A DNA stretch of 64,000 nucleotides from a bacterium (GCA_017541975.1 JAFXYB010000022.1:8679-72678), one strand, 5' to 3'. Numbered from the stretch's first letter, positions 51,201 through 60,789 are shown. The notes: generated by a model from the sequence alone, not told the origin. Program-made: numbers and translations.

Positions 51201-53020
51201 ACCTTTCATTTACCACTAATACTTTATCATCATTTAATATAGTTGGTGTAAAAGCTTTGATTTATAGGCCTAGGACAGAAGAAATGATGGTATTTGAATA
51301 TGAAAATGGTCATATGTCAGAATCATTAAATTGGTTCATCAAAGAATACAATAATGATTTTTATCAAGCAAAATCTGATTATGACTATAGCGTTGGTAAC
51401 CACTATCTAATAGTAACTCCAAAAGCTGGATACTATTTAAGAGGCGATTATAACGATCAAGAAACACTTGATTATACATCTGGTTCTAATGAATCTATCA
51501 AGGTTTCCTATAGCATCAAGAAAAATTATACAGATGAAGAGATGGCGGCTCTTCCAAGACTCACACTAAGCGATTTTAATGTTAGATTCTCATCTATCTC
51601 ACTTAAACCACAGTATCTTGATAAGATAATGCTCATATCCGCTGAAGATGAAGAAGGCAGAACAACCTACATCTATGATAGTGGCCTAAGATACTTAACT
51701 GAAGGCACCGCCTACACTTATACGATATGTTATTACTATGTGGAAAACGATACTTACATGTCTAGCGATTATTTCTACACAGAAGTATCATTTGTCACAA
51801 TGACTTTAGATTCATATATCACAGAACTTAATAGTGAAACTGATAAATACCCTCAAGAATTTATTGATTTTATCAATAACCTTCCAGAATCTTTCCCTAA
51901 GGATGCCTTAGATGATATCATCTTAGCTTTTGAAAAATTAGATTCATTAAAGGATGCAACCGACACAGAATCTAAATACTATGAAAGAAAGAATGCCTAT
52001 ATTGAGAGTAAAAAAGTAGAAATCTTAAACAATGTAAAAGATCTCACATCTTATGATGAAGTTAGATACTACTTATCAGAAGTTAGCTATGATTTAGGTG
52101 ATATCTTATCAAACATCAATGAATCATTAAATGAACTTGATACCAACATTATAAACAATGAGGATATCTCAAAGGATTTAGAAAATAAATATTCTGAATA
52201 TGTTGATTCTTTAGTAGATCATCTCTTTGAATCACTTGATAGTGGTGAACTAACAAACGAAGAACTAAAGAGTAAGACAGAGTTCATAACAAACACATCT
52301 AAAACTCTTTCTGATTTAAACACCCTTTACAGTAATGAAGTAGAATCAAACGATTCACTTCTTACAAATCTTTATGAAAATAAAGTAAAAGAACTCATGT
52401 CAGAAGAATATCGCTTCAACATGGATGTCAACCAATTCTCAAAATTCTATGAATATGTTGACTCATCAGTAAAAGGCGTTAAAACTTTAATGAACACCAT
52501 CAGAAACTGCGATGGTGAAAACTCAAGATTTGCCCTAAGCATTAAGACAAGCATCAAGGTAATAGAAGTTACTACCTTCCGTGACTACAACAAGGATGAA
52601 ATGGATGAACTATTCTATACCCAAGCTGAAGAAGCACTCTATATTCACGTTCAAGAGATGATGCTTCAATATTTAGATGCTTGGTTTGAAGATATTAAGA
52701 ATAGTGGAAGATATAGTGCTTCTAGGCTTGCTCAAATGGAAAAAGAATATATCGCCCAAAGAGATGTTATCTTAAATGACGAAACATTTAGAGAAATATA
52801 TAATGAGGCAAGAAAGACAATCGAAGAAATAGATGGTAATAATGCCGATCTCGATACACTATCAACTAAACTGAAAGACTACAATAAACTTTCAATTTTG
52901 GCCATTCCTCCAGTAATGTCTTTTAGACCACTTGATGTAGTTGTCGTAATCTTAAGTGGAATTCTCTTAATCGCATCTATTACTCTTTTAATACTTAAAA
53001 GAAAGGGGGTAGTAATCTGA
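48257..53020 (+). CDS. Large acidic surface protein (beta-helix-like N-terminus, MBG-like repeats, InlB repeat, C-terminal TM)
   Basis: Signal peptide MNRKHLQF..VKA; NLSISGDGSLEIT; four YD..HSLDIP..NY.W.D repeats; HPGINFIGWYED..LYAKF; helical region; TM then KRKGVVI. Start codon uncertain (weak RBS). Confidence 0.8.
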   Translation: MNRKHLQFLSLIVVLAIMFIALFSYNKSLVFVKAEESSNIPDFTEITEGDGYTYDSESFILYLRGINWTGDITLPTNTEESVFSIVVESGKNYINGSIIANQNLSISGDGSLEITSSNTTTIQANGEVECSNDYLKIVNTSTDSDANAITLTGNDSSLRFSFGHVIISSTNGNGIYTTNSVTGNISFNGGFIEITAASYAIKNTNSLSRIILSESVVILKSNITIYNPNMEIQSGVIEMDGTSKFAASGSSSVSSDGTSGGVVADDSPTISMEVGFGFYIVSGETITQMEDVIDQTIYFSDIENDNIKHAIIAKGVYRNYNSSDREISSIYVFGTLTTSEELEVAPQITYSYIETSVLGKGFTPSDGAVINGKLFFSNTLFIDPPTNLTTEFDYDGEAKSIEFPEDGEYFVVNPEANTLTNPGESTVIIALDNFSNDFRPVWSDTYSNENREYILKVSKVTVEPPAAPSVNTFTYDGETHSLDILLSEYYTISNNELINASTVDVIVSLLDSDFYMWSDTLDSDDKSFTLTVNPLTVTRPTVVTDPFTYDSQEHSLDIPESEYYYVGAFNTRFMAGTTDVPVILYDTENYVWDDGTTDDLSFPLTINPFVVAKPNVDSESFPYDGLEHSLDIPESDYYQAYDNVLSNVGSVSVTIALNDRDNYIWDDETNDDIILTLTVYDETPSQDGYISYIIDSYFDIDNPNPETYSASQTYTFLPLSHPGINFIGWYEDDTYTKEVVDTSSFSDYVVLYAKFEYVSYEIVLDYNGITYKQKESVSLGTFRSDEEVSLQLSDYVPSSIDFEFNGFRVGDKTYSFNLTTDINLINNIVQGVVTLKASYSIDYKKDDSELSSRLEFLSTNLTPLPYGAFSGMSFTITSMSPISDNEVLSIKDSIISSCLSTDKYYIDDDEIFLKLTSSYNLSLISGDTNVQSLDNNTLLKVIIPLNVTEEYFTKYAVVSNNELIAVAKRCDKFGNEDINGKYLSFTTNTLSSFNIVGVKALIYRPRTEEMMVFEYENGHMSESLNWFIKEYNNDFYQAKSDYDYSVGNHYLIVTPKAGYYLRGDYNDQETLDYTSGSNESIKVSYSIKKNYTDEEMAALPRLTLSDFNVRFSSISLKPQYLDKIMLISAEDEEGRTTYIYDSGLRYLTEGTAYTYTICYYYVENDTYMSSDYFYTEVSFVTMTLDSYITELNSETDKYPQEFIDFINNLPESFPKDALDDIILAFEKLDSLKDATDTESKYYERKNAYIESKKVEILNNVKDLTSYDEVRYYLSEVSYDLGDILSNINESLNELDTNIINNEDISKDLENKYSEYVDSLVDHLFESLDSGELTNEELKSKTEFITNTSKTLSDLNTLYSNEVESNDSLLTNLYENKVKELMSEEYRFNMDVNQFSKFYEYVDSSVKGVKTLMNTIRNCDGENSRFALSIKTSIKVIEVTTFRDYNKDEMDELFYTQAEEALYIHVQEMMLQYLDAWFEDIKNSGRYSASRLAQMEKEYIAQRDVILNDETFREIYNEARKTIEEIDGNNADLDTLSTKLKDYNKLSILAIPPVMSFRPLDVVVVILSGILLIASITLLILKRKGVVI
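49432..50295 (+). repeat. Four ~74-80 aa intragenic Ig/MBG-like repeats
   Basis: catagcc(t)..gatat motif recurs about every 222 bp (~49696, 49916, 50138); degenerate first unit from ~49432. Confidence 0.7.
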
Positions 53021-54204
53021 TGAAATCACATAAAGACATAGAAGAAAACATTAAAGTATTAGAAACTATTTCTGCATCAGAATTATCAAGCGTAGATGAA
53101 CTCATATCTGCAAGAGAAGTTGTTTATACAGATGAGTTAAAAGATGTTTCTGAAACCTTTGATAATGCCAAATTAAAGAATAATTCAGATAAGAAAGTTA
53201 ATAATGATGTAAGAAATAAACTACTTTCCTTTAACCTCTTATCTACTGCAGGATTAATCAGCGCTGCCGGTATCATTATTGCGACAAGCGCAGGATTAAT
53301 TAACTATCAAATGTCATCGACATTTACTGACTTCTATTATGAAGATGGAAAAGTATCCTATTCCTTAGAGTTTAACAATCTAGATGTTTCTAAAGATAAT
53401 ACTCTATCAATCCAAGTCCACGAAGAAAAAGATGAACTTGTTGAATACAAACTCATCTATGACTATGATACAGTCGTCATCGATAAAAACATTAGATCAA
53501 TCAAGAAACTGAAGGATTGTGGCATAGAAGAAGATTTAATAATAGATGAATCACACTCTCTATCCTCATATCTTAGAGATATGAAAGACGGAGAAGCTAT
53601 CTCCTACACCTACTTTATGAATGAAAATGATATAACATATTATGAAAGTACCATTCTCATGAATAAAGGCTTAAAAGGTGAAATAAAAGGCTATTTCACT
53701 ATCAATATGGATAGGATAGTTGAAGAGCTCAGTCAAGATGGTGAATTCATGCACTATTATGCAACGCTAAAAGGTAGCACCGGACTATTGGATAGAACCT
53801 TCGATAGAATGGCAGTCAAAGTCACGGCCTTAATTTCCGAGTTTAATAGTTTAAGCGGTGAGTGCCACTGTGTCACAAGAAGTGCAGATGGAACCTATCA
53901 TCTTAAACTAGATTATAAAGACGATTATGGATATTTTAATTTTCAAGATATCTATATGAAAGATATAAACGGTAACGAAAGTGGCCATATAACTGAATCC
54001 TCTAATTGGCACGATGAAATGAAGATTCCTGTATTAAATCTTTCAGGTAGTGCTGAAATCCACATCATCTACATCGATACATCAATAAATAAAAAAGTAG
54101 AACTGATATTTAAAGATGGAAGTAAAGATGTCTTTGTTAGATATGATGATGGAATAGAAGAAATATTTAAGAGTTTTGAAGAAGAATTTGATATAAAAGT
54201 ATAA
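53020..54204 (+). CDS. Hypothetical single-pass membrane protein
   Basis: TGATG overlap with upstream gene; TM AGLISAAGIIIATSAGLI; extracellular part contains GECHC motif. Confidence 0.75.
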   Translation: MKSHKDIEENIKVLETISASELSSVDELISAREVVYTDELKDVSETFDNAKLKNNSDKKVNNDVRNKLLSFNLLSTAGLISAAGIIIATSAGLINYQMSSTFTDFYYEDGKVSYSLEFNNLDVSKDNTLSIQVHEEKDELVEYKLIYDYDTVVIDKNIRSIKKLKDCGIEEDLIIDESHSLSSYLRDMKDGEAISYTYFMNENDITYYESTILMNKGLKGEIKGYFTINMDRIVEELSQDGEFMHYYATLKGSTGLLDRTFDRMAVKVTALISEFNSLSGECHCVTRSADGTYHLKLDYKDDYGYFNFQDIYMKDINGNESGHITESSNWHDEMKIPVLNLSGSAEIHIIYIDTSINKKVELIFKDGSKDVFVRYDDGIEEIFKSFEEEFDIKV

Positions 54205-54215
54205 GGAGAAAGAAA

Positions 54216-55214
54216 ATGAAACAAAAGGGAATTATCGGTATCATCATCAGATGTATCTTAGGATTAATTGGTATCGCAATAATGGTACTATTAATTGGTA
54301 GAGAACAATTCTTTAGAGATGATTCATATTTTTACACATTATTTGATGAAGCATCTAAATTAACTTCAGTTCAGTTATTAGTTAGAAGTGTAATCATCAT
54401 TCTTATGGTTCTTGGGATCTATGTTTTTATAAAATTCATAATGAATATCCTAACCATCAAGAATCAAAAGGCAAGAACACTATGTGATTTAATTATCTCC
54501 CTTGCGAACTATGTCTTCGCAATTGCGATTATTCTAATCATCTTAAGTGCTTTTGGTGTTGACACATCAACACTTATCGCAAGCGCAGGTATCTTATCAC
54601 TAGTTATAGGTCTTGGTTGCCAAACTTTAATTAGTGATATTGTCGCAGGTCTATTCATTGTCTTTGAAGGAGATTTCAAAGTTGGCGATGTGGTTGTTAT
54701 CAATGGTTGGAGAGGAACTGTTCAAACTATCGGCATTAGAACAACTAAGATTATAGATGCTGCCGGAAATGTCAGCATAGTAAATAATAGTTCCATCCAA
54801 AACATCATCAACAACACTAAAGAACTATCTGTTGCAATTATAACTTGTGGTATTGACTATAATGAATCAATTGAAAGAGTAGAAAAGATTATTGAAACTA
54901 ATCTCAACTATTTCAAAGAAAGAATTCCAGCTATTGTCAATGGTCCATTCTACAAGGGTGTTGAAGAATTAGGTGACAACGCCGTCATAATCAAGATTGT
55001 GGCTGAATGTAAAGAAGAAGATAAATATCAAGTTCAAAGAGATATGAATAGATGTTTAAAACTCATCTTCGATAAAAATCATGTCAATATTCCATTCCCA
55101 CAAATCGTTATCAATCAACCAGTTGAACCAGTTAAAGCTGAACCTGTCAATATGGATGATTTTGTCGATTCTCAAAAAGAAGAATCTAAGAATATTGATG
55201 ATATCAATCAATAG
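54216..55214 (+). CDS. mscS: Small-conductance mechanosensitive channel
   Basis: ASAGILSLVIGLGCQTLISDIVAGLFIVFEGDFKVGDVV, GTVQTIGIRTT, IPFPQ. Confidence 0.93.
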   Translation: MKQKGIIGIIIRCILGLIGIAIMVLLIGREQFFRDDSYFYTLFDEASKLTSVQLLVRSVIIILMVLGIYVFIKFIMNILTIKNQKARTLCDLIISLANYVFAIAIILIILSAFGVDTSTLIASAGILSLVIGLGCQTLISDIVAGLFIVFEGDFKVGDVVVINGWRGTVQTIGIRTTKIIDAAGNVSIVNNSSIQNIINNTKELSVAIITCGIDYNESIERVEKIIETNLNYFKERIPAIVNGPFYKGVEELGDNAVIIKIVAECKEEDKYQVQRDMNRCLKLIFDKNHVNIPFPQIVINQPVEPVKAEPVNMDDFVDSQKEESKNIDDINQ

Positions 55215-55226
55215 GAGGAAGCGTTT

Positions 55227-55922
55227 ATGATGTATGTATTAGTTGGAGTTATCGCACTTGCACTCTGGGCACTATATTATTTTCTATCTAAACTCACAGA
55301 TAAATATATCGTTAAAGATAATAAAACTCTCTATTATTTTTCACCACTAATCGCCGCTTTTATTCCAACACTTGTAATAGTTATCGTTCAAATTGTAAGA
55401 GGCGATATTGTCTTTAATCTTGGAGAATTATTAGATTTAGAATACTGGGGAATTATTCTTCTTGCGGTTGTGATTTCTTCAACCCTAACTATCGTATTTT
55501 CTCCATCTCCAAACAAGGTTGAACCAATGGAACTCTCAATGAGATGCGTACATGGTGGACTTATGGAGATACCAGAAAGAATGATGATGCAAGGTTTCGT
55601 ATTATTAATCATGGAAGCCTTTAATGCAAATCAATCTGATCACGGTTATATTGTTCAAGAAAAGAACTGCGTTCTTATTGCATCAATAGTTATCTGCCTT
55701 GGAATCATCATAGAAGCCATAATTAAGAAAGATAAAAATTATAAAGCTTTAGTTGTAAAAGTATTATCTTCTCTAATCTTCTCACTTCTCGTTGGACACG
55801 TTTACTATTTCTCACAAGGTTGCATAATTTACTGTATCGTAGGTCATATGCTAGAAAGATTCATTTCTAATATCTTTTATATTAGAAAGAAAATCACAGA
55901 TTCATATGATTATGAAGAATAG
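55227..55922 (+). CDS. Multi-pass membrane protein, possibly degenerate CPBP/Abi family
   Basis: RBS AGGAGG; 6-7 TM; GLMEIPERMMMQGF and CIVGHMLER resemble degenerate CPBP motifs. Confidence 0.55.
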   Translation: MMYVLVGVIALALWALYYFLSKLTDKYIVKDNKTLYYFSPLIAAFIPTLVIVIVQIVRGDIVFNLGELLDLEYWGIILLAVVISSTLTIVFSPSPNKVEPMELSMRCVHGGLMEIPERMMMQGFVLLIMEAFNANQSDHGYIVQEKNCVLIASIVICLGIIIEAIIKKDKNYKALVVKVLSSLIFSLLVGHVYYFSQGCIIYCIVGHMLERFISNIFYIRKKITDSYDYEE

Positions 55923-55924
55923 TT

Positions 55925-56770
55925 ATGGAATATTATCTTAAAAGTGGAAATCTTGAAGTAACCATCTCATCACTTGGTGCCGAAATGGTAAGCGTTAAGT
56001 ATGATGGCAAAGAACGTTTATGGCAAAACGATAATAACACATGGAGTGGACACGCTCCTGTGCTTTTTCCTATCGCTGGCAAGATAAAAGTTAAAATAGA
56101 TGGTATTACTTATCCTCTTCTCCAACATGGTTTTGCGAGAAGAAGAGAATTTGAATTTGTATCAATTGAGAATAATCAAATAACATTCAAATTATCTAGC
56201 GATGATGAAACCCTAAAATTATTCCCTTATCGTTTCAATTTATATATCAGCTATACGCTTTCAGATTCTCTAATCGAAATGAGATACAAAGTAGAAAATA
56301 CCGATGATAAAGATATCTATTATTCGCTTGGAACTCATACTTCATTTAGTTTAGATGACACAATCGATAACTACTACGTTGAACTATCTAAAGATAAAGA
56401 ACTATGGAATAATATTAACGATAAAGATCCTAGTTTAACTGGAGAATTCATAAAGTTATCGGATAATGGTATATTAGATCTCTCAACTGAATATATCGAT
56501 AACGCTAAAACAATCATCTTTAAAAACTTAAAATCTAAAACCGCAACTCTCATCCATAAAAGTGGAAAGAAGATTGCCGAGATTGAATACGAAGGTTTCC
56601 CATATATCCTCTTTTGGCACCCACTAGATTCTAAAATGGTTTGTATGGAACCATGGCATAATATCTTAGATACTAAGGGTGATGAAAGAGAATTTAAGGA
56701 TAAAGACAATATTATAAAATTAAAACCACACGAATCAAAAGAATTAACACAAAGAATCAGGTATTATTAA
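55925..56770 (+). CDS. Aldose 1-epimerase family protein (LacX-like)
   Basis: GAEMVS..ERLWQ..WSGHAPVLFPIAG, QHGFARR, GTHTSF, VCMEPW. Confidence 0.92.
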   Translation: MEYYLKSGNLEVTISSLGAEMVSVKYDGKERLWQNDNNTWSGHAPVLFPIAGKIKVKIDGITYPLLQHGFARRREFEFVSIENNQITFKLSSDDETLKLFPYRFNLYISYTLSDSLIEMRYKVENTDDKDIYYSLGTHTSFSLDDTIDNYYVELSKDKELWNNINDKDPSLTGEFIKLSDNGILDLSTEYIDNAKTIIFKNLKSKTATLIHKSGKKIAEIEYEGFPYILFWHPLDSKMVCMEPWHNILDTKGDEREFKDKDNIIKLKPHESKELTQRIRYY

Positions 56771-57309
56771 TGAAATTATTTAAGCATTTCTTTACAATAA
56801 CTCATCATAGACATTTAGTCATGAAATACTGTTTTAAAGTAGGTATTGGTTTCCAAGGCCTTTTTCATGATCTTTCTAAATATAGTTTTAAAGAGTTTTT
56901 TAGAAGTGTTAAATACTATAAAGGTGATAAATCACCTACAGAATATGAAAGACTTGAGAACGGATATTCTGAAGTATGGATGCATCACAAAGGAAGAAAT
57001 AAACATCACTTCGAATATTGGACTGACCTCGATACTGATAAGATGAAATACATCGCATACCCTATGCCAATGCGTTATGTAAAAGAAATGTTATGTGACC
57101 GTATTGCGGCATCCAAAACTTATCTAAAAGATAAGTATACAGATGCATCTCCATATGAATATTTCAGCACCCACTGCGGTAAATACAACATGAACGCAAA
57201 AACCAGCGCATTAATCGAATCTTGGCTAATAATGCTAAAGGACAAAGGCGAAAAAGAAACGTTCAAGTATATTAAATCAATCAAAAACAACTACAAATAT
57301 TATGATTAA
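56770..57309 (+). CDS. DUF5662 family (HD-like) protein
   Basis: HFFTITHHRHLV, HDLSKY, WMHHKGRNKHHFEYW, EMLCDRIAASK. Confidence 0.85.
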   Translation: MKLFKHFFTITHHRHLVMKYCFKVGIGFQGLFHDLSKYSFKEFFRSVKYYKGDKSPTEYERLENGYSEVWMHHKGRNKHHFEYWTDLDTDKMKYIAYPMPMRYVKEMLCDRIAASKTYLKDKYTDASPYEYFSTHCGKYNMNAKTSALIESWLIMLKDKGEKETFKYIKSIKNNYKYYD

Positions 57310-58141
57310 AAAATGTTATCTTGAAATCACTAATATATGTAATATGTCGTGCAGTTTCTGTCATGGTACGAAAAGGCCTCCAAAAAGTCTAACTATGGAG
57401 GATTTTTCTTATATATTAAATAAACTAAAGGGTAACATTAAATATCTATATTATCACCTCTTAGGTGAACCACTACTCCATAAGGACTTAGGTGAGTTTA
57501 TCAAACTCACTAAAGAAAGTGACATTCTTCCAATAATAACCACTAATGGAACATTAATAGATGAAAGATATGATGATTTAATCAAAAACAATCCGTATAA
57601 AATAAATATCTCACTTCATTCATTAGAAGCCAATAATAGAGATGATTATGATAAATATTTAGATATAGTCATAAACTTCATAAAAGAAATATCTAATAAA
57701 GGAACATTAATAAATTTAAGGCTTTGGAATGAAGGCGGTCTAAACAGTAATAATAACCTGATATTTAAAAAACTAAAAGACGCCTTTAGTAGTGAATTTA
57801 TAGAATGTTATAACGGATATAAGATAACGAAAAATATCTATATCGATATCGCCTCTAAATTTGATTGGCCAGATATCAATAATAATGAATTTGAAGGTAG
57901 TGTGTTCTGTTACGCGCTAAGAGATCAAATAGGAATATTAGTAGATGGTACTGTAGTTCCTTGTTGTCTTGATGCTGAAGGCATCATGAGTCTTGGAAAT
58001 ATTTATAATAATTCTCTAGATGAAATAATAAATTCTAAAAGAGCTAAAGCAATTTATGATGGTTTTACAAACCATCAAGCAGTAGAATCTTTATGCAAAA
58101 AATGTGGCTATGCTAATGAAACAAAAAAATATCGTAATTAA
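57302..58141 (+). CDS. Radical SAM protein with SPASM/twitch domain
   Basis: EITNICNMSCSFC, GEPLLH, TTNG, CYALRDQIGILVDGTVVPCCLD, LCKKC. Confidence 0.92.
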   Translation: MIKKCYLEITNICNMSCSFCHGTKRPPKSLTMEDFSYILNKLKGNIKYLYYHLLGEPLLHKDLGEFIKLTKESDILPIITTNGTLIDERYDDLIKNNPYKINISLHSLEANNRDDYDKYLDIVINFIKEISNKGTLINLRLWNEGGLNSNNNLIFKKLKDAFSSEFIECYNGYKITKNIYIDIASKFDWPDINNNEFEGSVFCYALRDQIGILVDGTVVPCCLDAEGIMSLGNIYNNSLDEIINSKRAKAIYDGFTNHQAVESLCKKCGYANETKKYRN

Positions 58142-58143
58142 AA

Positions 58144-58176
58144 TGTGACTTTTTAATTATTTAAGTTGTTATATAG
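58144..58176 (+). promoter_or_regulatory. Candidate ECF-sigma autoregulatory promoter
   Basis: TGTGAC - 17 nt - TGTTATATAG in the 50-bp gap before the ECF gene; resembles the general form of Firmicutes ECF promoters. Confidence 0.45.
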
Positions 58177-58191
58177 GTGAAGGGATAAAGA

Positions 58192-58677
58192 ATGGATAAA
58201 TCTAAAGAAGAATATTTTTCTAAAGTATATGATTATTCATATCAAGAAGTATTCAATGTCATATACTCATATGTAAAAACTAAATATGATTCCGAAGATT
58301 TACTTCAGGATACTTTCATATCTTTTTTAGATAAGAACCCTTCATGTAAATCCCTTTCAGAATGCAAATACTGGTTGATTAGAGTTGCTATCAACAAGAG
58401 TATTAACTTTCTAAAAAAGAAGAAAAAAGAAACAATGCTTGATGATGCTTATGAAGTCAAGGATGAAACGTATTATGATAGTGATGAAAATAATCTCATC
58501 TTTAACAAACTGACATCCCTTCCAGAAAAGTTAAAGATAGTAATGATTCTCTATTACTATGATAATATGAAGATTAAAGATATTTCATCCACTCTTAAAA
58601 TAAGCGAATCAGCAGTAAAAATGCGCCTAGAAAGAGGCAAAGAACAACTTAAGAAAGAATTAGGAGGTCTCATATGA
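58192..58677 (+). CDS. ECF sigma-70 factor
   Basis: DSEDLLQDTF, WLIRVAINKSINF, region 4 LPEKLKIVMILYYY..IKDISSTLKISESAVKMRLERGK. Confidence 0.93.
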   Translation: MDKSKEEYFSKVYDYSYQEVFNVIYSYVKTKYDSEDLLQDTFISFLDKNPSCKSLSECKYWLIRVAINKSINFLKKKKKETMLDDAYEVKDETYYDSDENNLIFNKLTSLPEKLKIVMILYYYDNMKIKDISSTLKISESAVKMRLERGKEQLKKELGGLI

Positions 58678-60155
58678 ACGACGATAAAATAAGAGAATCA
58701 AAATATGCAATCCCAGATGTAAACTCAAATCTTAAAGAAAGCATTATTGATGAATACAATAGTTTAAATAAAGAAAAGACTTATAAAAAAGCATTAAACA
58801 AAAATAATAGATTATTTGTCCCAACATTATCATGTATCTTACTCGCCTTAATCGTGGCAATAAGTACTGTATTTATTCCTTTATCAAAGAATGAATCTTC
58901 CTCAGCTTATATAGATGATGATGGAGGTTGGTCTATTCCAGTTGAATCAGCGTCAAGAGAAAGTGGAAGAAGATCTGATTCTTCTAAATCAGGAACAGAT
59001 TTCGCAGGACTTGGAAAAACAGAATCAGGGATAGATTCAGGATATTTATCTGGTGATTCATCTATGAGTGAAAGTGCATCAGCACCATCAGCTGATAAAA
59101 ATTCAACTCCATACATAAAAACACTTACATCAAGTTGTGTTGATGATAATGAAGAATATGTATACTGGAAAAGCTTAAATGCTGATAGTTTTAAAACATA
59201 TAGTGAACAGACAGCATTTAGAACACTAAATAGAATTAAAGTAACACTTCCAAAAGGTATTACAGCCAAAGTATCACTCTTAAGTGATAATGAAGTAATA
59301 TTCACATCTATTCCAAATAGAAATGGTATCGCCTATGTATTCGCAAATAGTGAACAAAGCGAATACAAATTAAGAATTGAATATGCAACAAGCAAAACTT
59401 CAACAAACACCATTAGCGATGTTGTTACAGGCGATAAAGATTACAGCGAAATAATCACTGATGGTTATGACAACCATAGAGATTTAATTGAACTTGCAGT
59501 AGTAATCGATACTACAGGGTCAATGGGAGATGAAATCACATATCTTCAAAAAGAACTAATTAATGTAATAAACAAAGTAAAAGAAGATAATCCTAATACA
59601 GAAATCAAGGTATCAGTAATCGCTTATAAAGATGAATGTGATGCTCAAGATGAATATTTAATTAAGAAATATGATTTCAGTAGTGATCTCACAAAAGTAA
59701 ATGAATTCTTAGCAACCCTTTATGCATCTGGTGGTGGAGATTTTGAAGAAGCTGTAGAACTCGCCCTTAAACAAACAACTGAACTTAGTTGGTCAAGTGA
59801 TGATTCTACTAAACTCTGTTTATTTGTTGCCGATGCTCCAAGTCACGATGATAAGATCTCATCTTGGGCTAAATCAGCTAAAATCTTAGCTTCAAATGGC
59901 GTTAGAATCATTGATGTAGCATCTAGTGGAATCAATTCTAAGACAGAATATCTATTTAGAGCACAGACAATTCTTACTGGTGGAACATACGGATATTTAA
60001 CTGATGATTCAGGAATTGGTGGTTCACACTTAATTGCCTCAACTGAAGAACCAAAGACTGTTGAATATCTAAATGATATGTTAATTAGACTCATTAACGG
60101 ATATCATACAGGAGTGTTTGCTGAACCAGTAGCATACAACAACAATCAACAATAA
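58674..60155 (+). CDS. Single-pass membrane protein with extracellular vWA domain; putative anti-sigma factor
   Basis: ATGA overlap with sigma; ~45-aa cytoplasmic N-terminus, TM, Ser/Gly-rich linker, MIDAS VIDTTGSM, GGGDFEEAV, ADAPSH. Confidence 0.85.
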   Translation: MNDDKIRESKYAIPDVNSNLKESIIDEYNSLNKEKTYKKALNKNNRLFVPTLSCILLALIVAISTVFIPLSKNESSSAYIDDDGGWSIPVESASRESGRRSDSSKSGTDFAGLGKTESGIDSGYLSGDSSMSESASAPSADKNSTPYIKTLTSSCVDDNEEYVYWKSLNADSFKTYSEQTAFRTLNRIKVTLPKGITAKVSLLSDNEVIFTSIPNRNGIAYVFANSEQSEYKLRIEYATSKTSTNTISDVVTGDKDYSEIITDGYDNHRDLIELAVVIDTTGSMGDEITYLQKELINVINKVKEDNPNTEIKVSVIAYKDECDAQDEYLIKKYDFSSDLTKVNEFLATLYASGGGDFEEAVELALKQTTELSWSSDDSTKLCLFVADAPSHDDKISSWAKSAKILASNGVRIIDVASSGINSKTEYLFRAQTILTGGTYGYLTDDSGIGGSHLIASTEEPKTVEYLNDMLIRLINGYHTGVFAEPVAYNNNQQ

Positions 60156-60160
60156 TATTT

Positions 60161-60195
60161 AAAAATCATCTTCGAAAAAAAGAAGATGATTTTTT
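60161..60195 (+). terminator. Rho-independent terminator
   Basis: AAAAATCATCTTC-gaaaaaaa-GAAGATGATTTTT. Confidence 0.8.
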
Positions 60196-60249
60196 ATCAT
60201 AATATGATAAACTTAAATGTGTAAGAATATTTAAGGAGAAAATTTAAAA

Positions 60250-60540
60250 ATGACATTAAATCAAATCATTCTACTTGCTTATGCTGGTCTAATGGTGCTT
60301 ATGTCTTTTGTAGCTCTAATTGCTTTCTTTAGAGATAAGAAATTAGCTGTTAAGCAAAAAGAAAGAACAAAAGAAAAAACATTATTATTCTTTAGCGTAT
60401 TTTTTGGCGCTCTTGGTGCTTTAATTGGAAGAATACTTGCTCACCACAAAACTGATAAAGTATATTTCAGTATTGTAATCTATTTCTCATTACTAACTCA
60501 ACTTGCAACACTAGGTTTACTAGTATTCTTTGTATTATAG
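60250..60540 (+). CDS. DUF1294 family small membrane protein
   Basis: DKKLAVKQKERTKEKTLL..GALGALIG..HHKTDK. Confidence 0.88.
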   Translation: MTLNQIILLAYAGLMVLMSFVALIAFFRDKKLAVKQKERTKEKTLLFFSVFFGALGALIGRILAHHKTDKVYFSIVIYFSLLTQLATLGLLVFFVL

Positions 60541-60550
60541 GAGGAAGAAT

Positions 60551-60787
60551 ATGGCAAATAATCGTCCAACACAAAACGATGCTGAATCACTAAAAAGATC
60601 ACATTCAGCTTCATCAAATTTTAAACTCACAATGTTATGTCTATTATCATCTGTTGCTTTAATGGCACTTGTAGTAGGCCTTGGATTAATCGAATATAAA
60701 ACAATGGAATTTGCATTACCATTTATCATTGGTGGAGGTGCAGTATTCCTACTATCTTTATTCTTATTCTCAGCATTCAAACGTTAA
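60551..60787 (+). CDS. Small two-TM hypothetical protein
   Basis: RBS AGGAGG before ATG 60551 (MANNRP..); two hydrophobic helices. Confidence 0.75.
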   Translation: MANNRPTQNDAESLKRSHSASSNFKLTMLCLLSSVALMALVVGLGLIEYKTMEFALPFIIGGGAVFLLSLFLFSAFKR

Positions 60788-60789
60788 TA

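Noticed and set aside
101-60780. Many short alternative-frame and antisense ORFs in the track (e.g. 5190-5504, 5589-5969, 17363-17836, 58907-59305)
   Set aside because: All lie within longer well-supported genes, lack RBS or recognisable motifs, and reflect codon bias of the sense gene.
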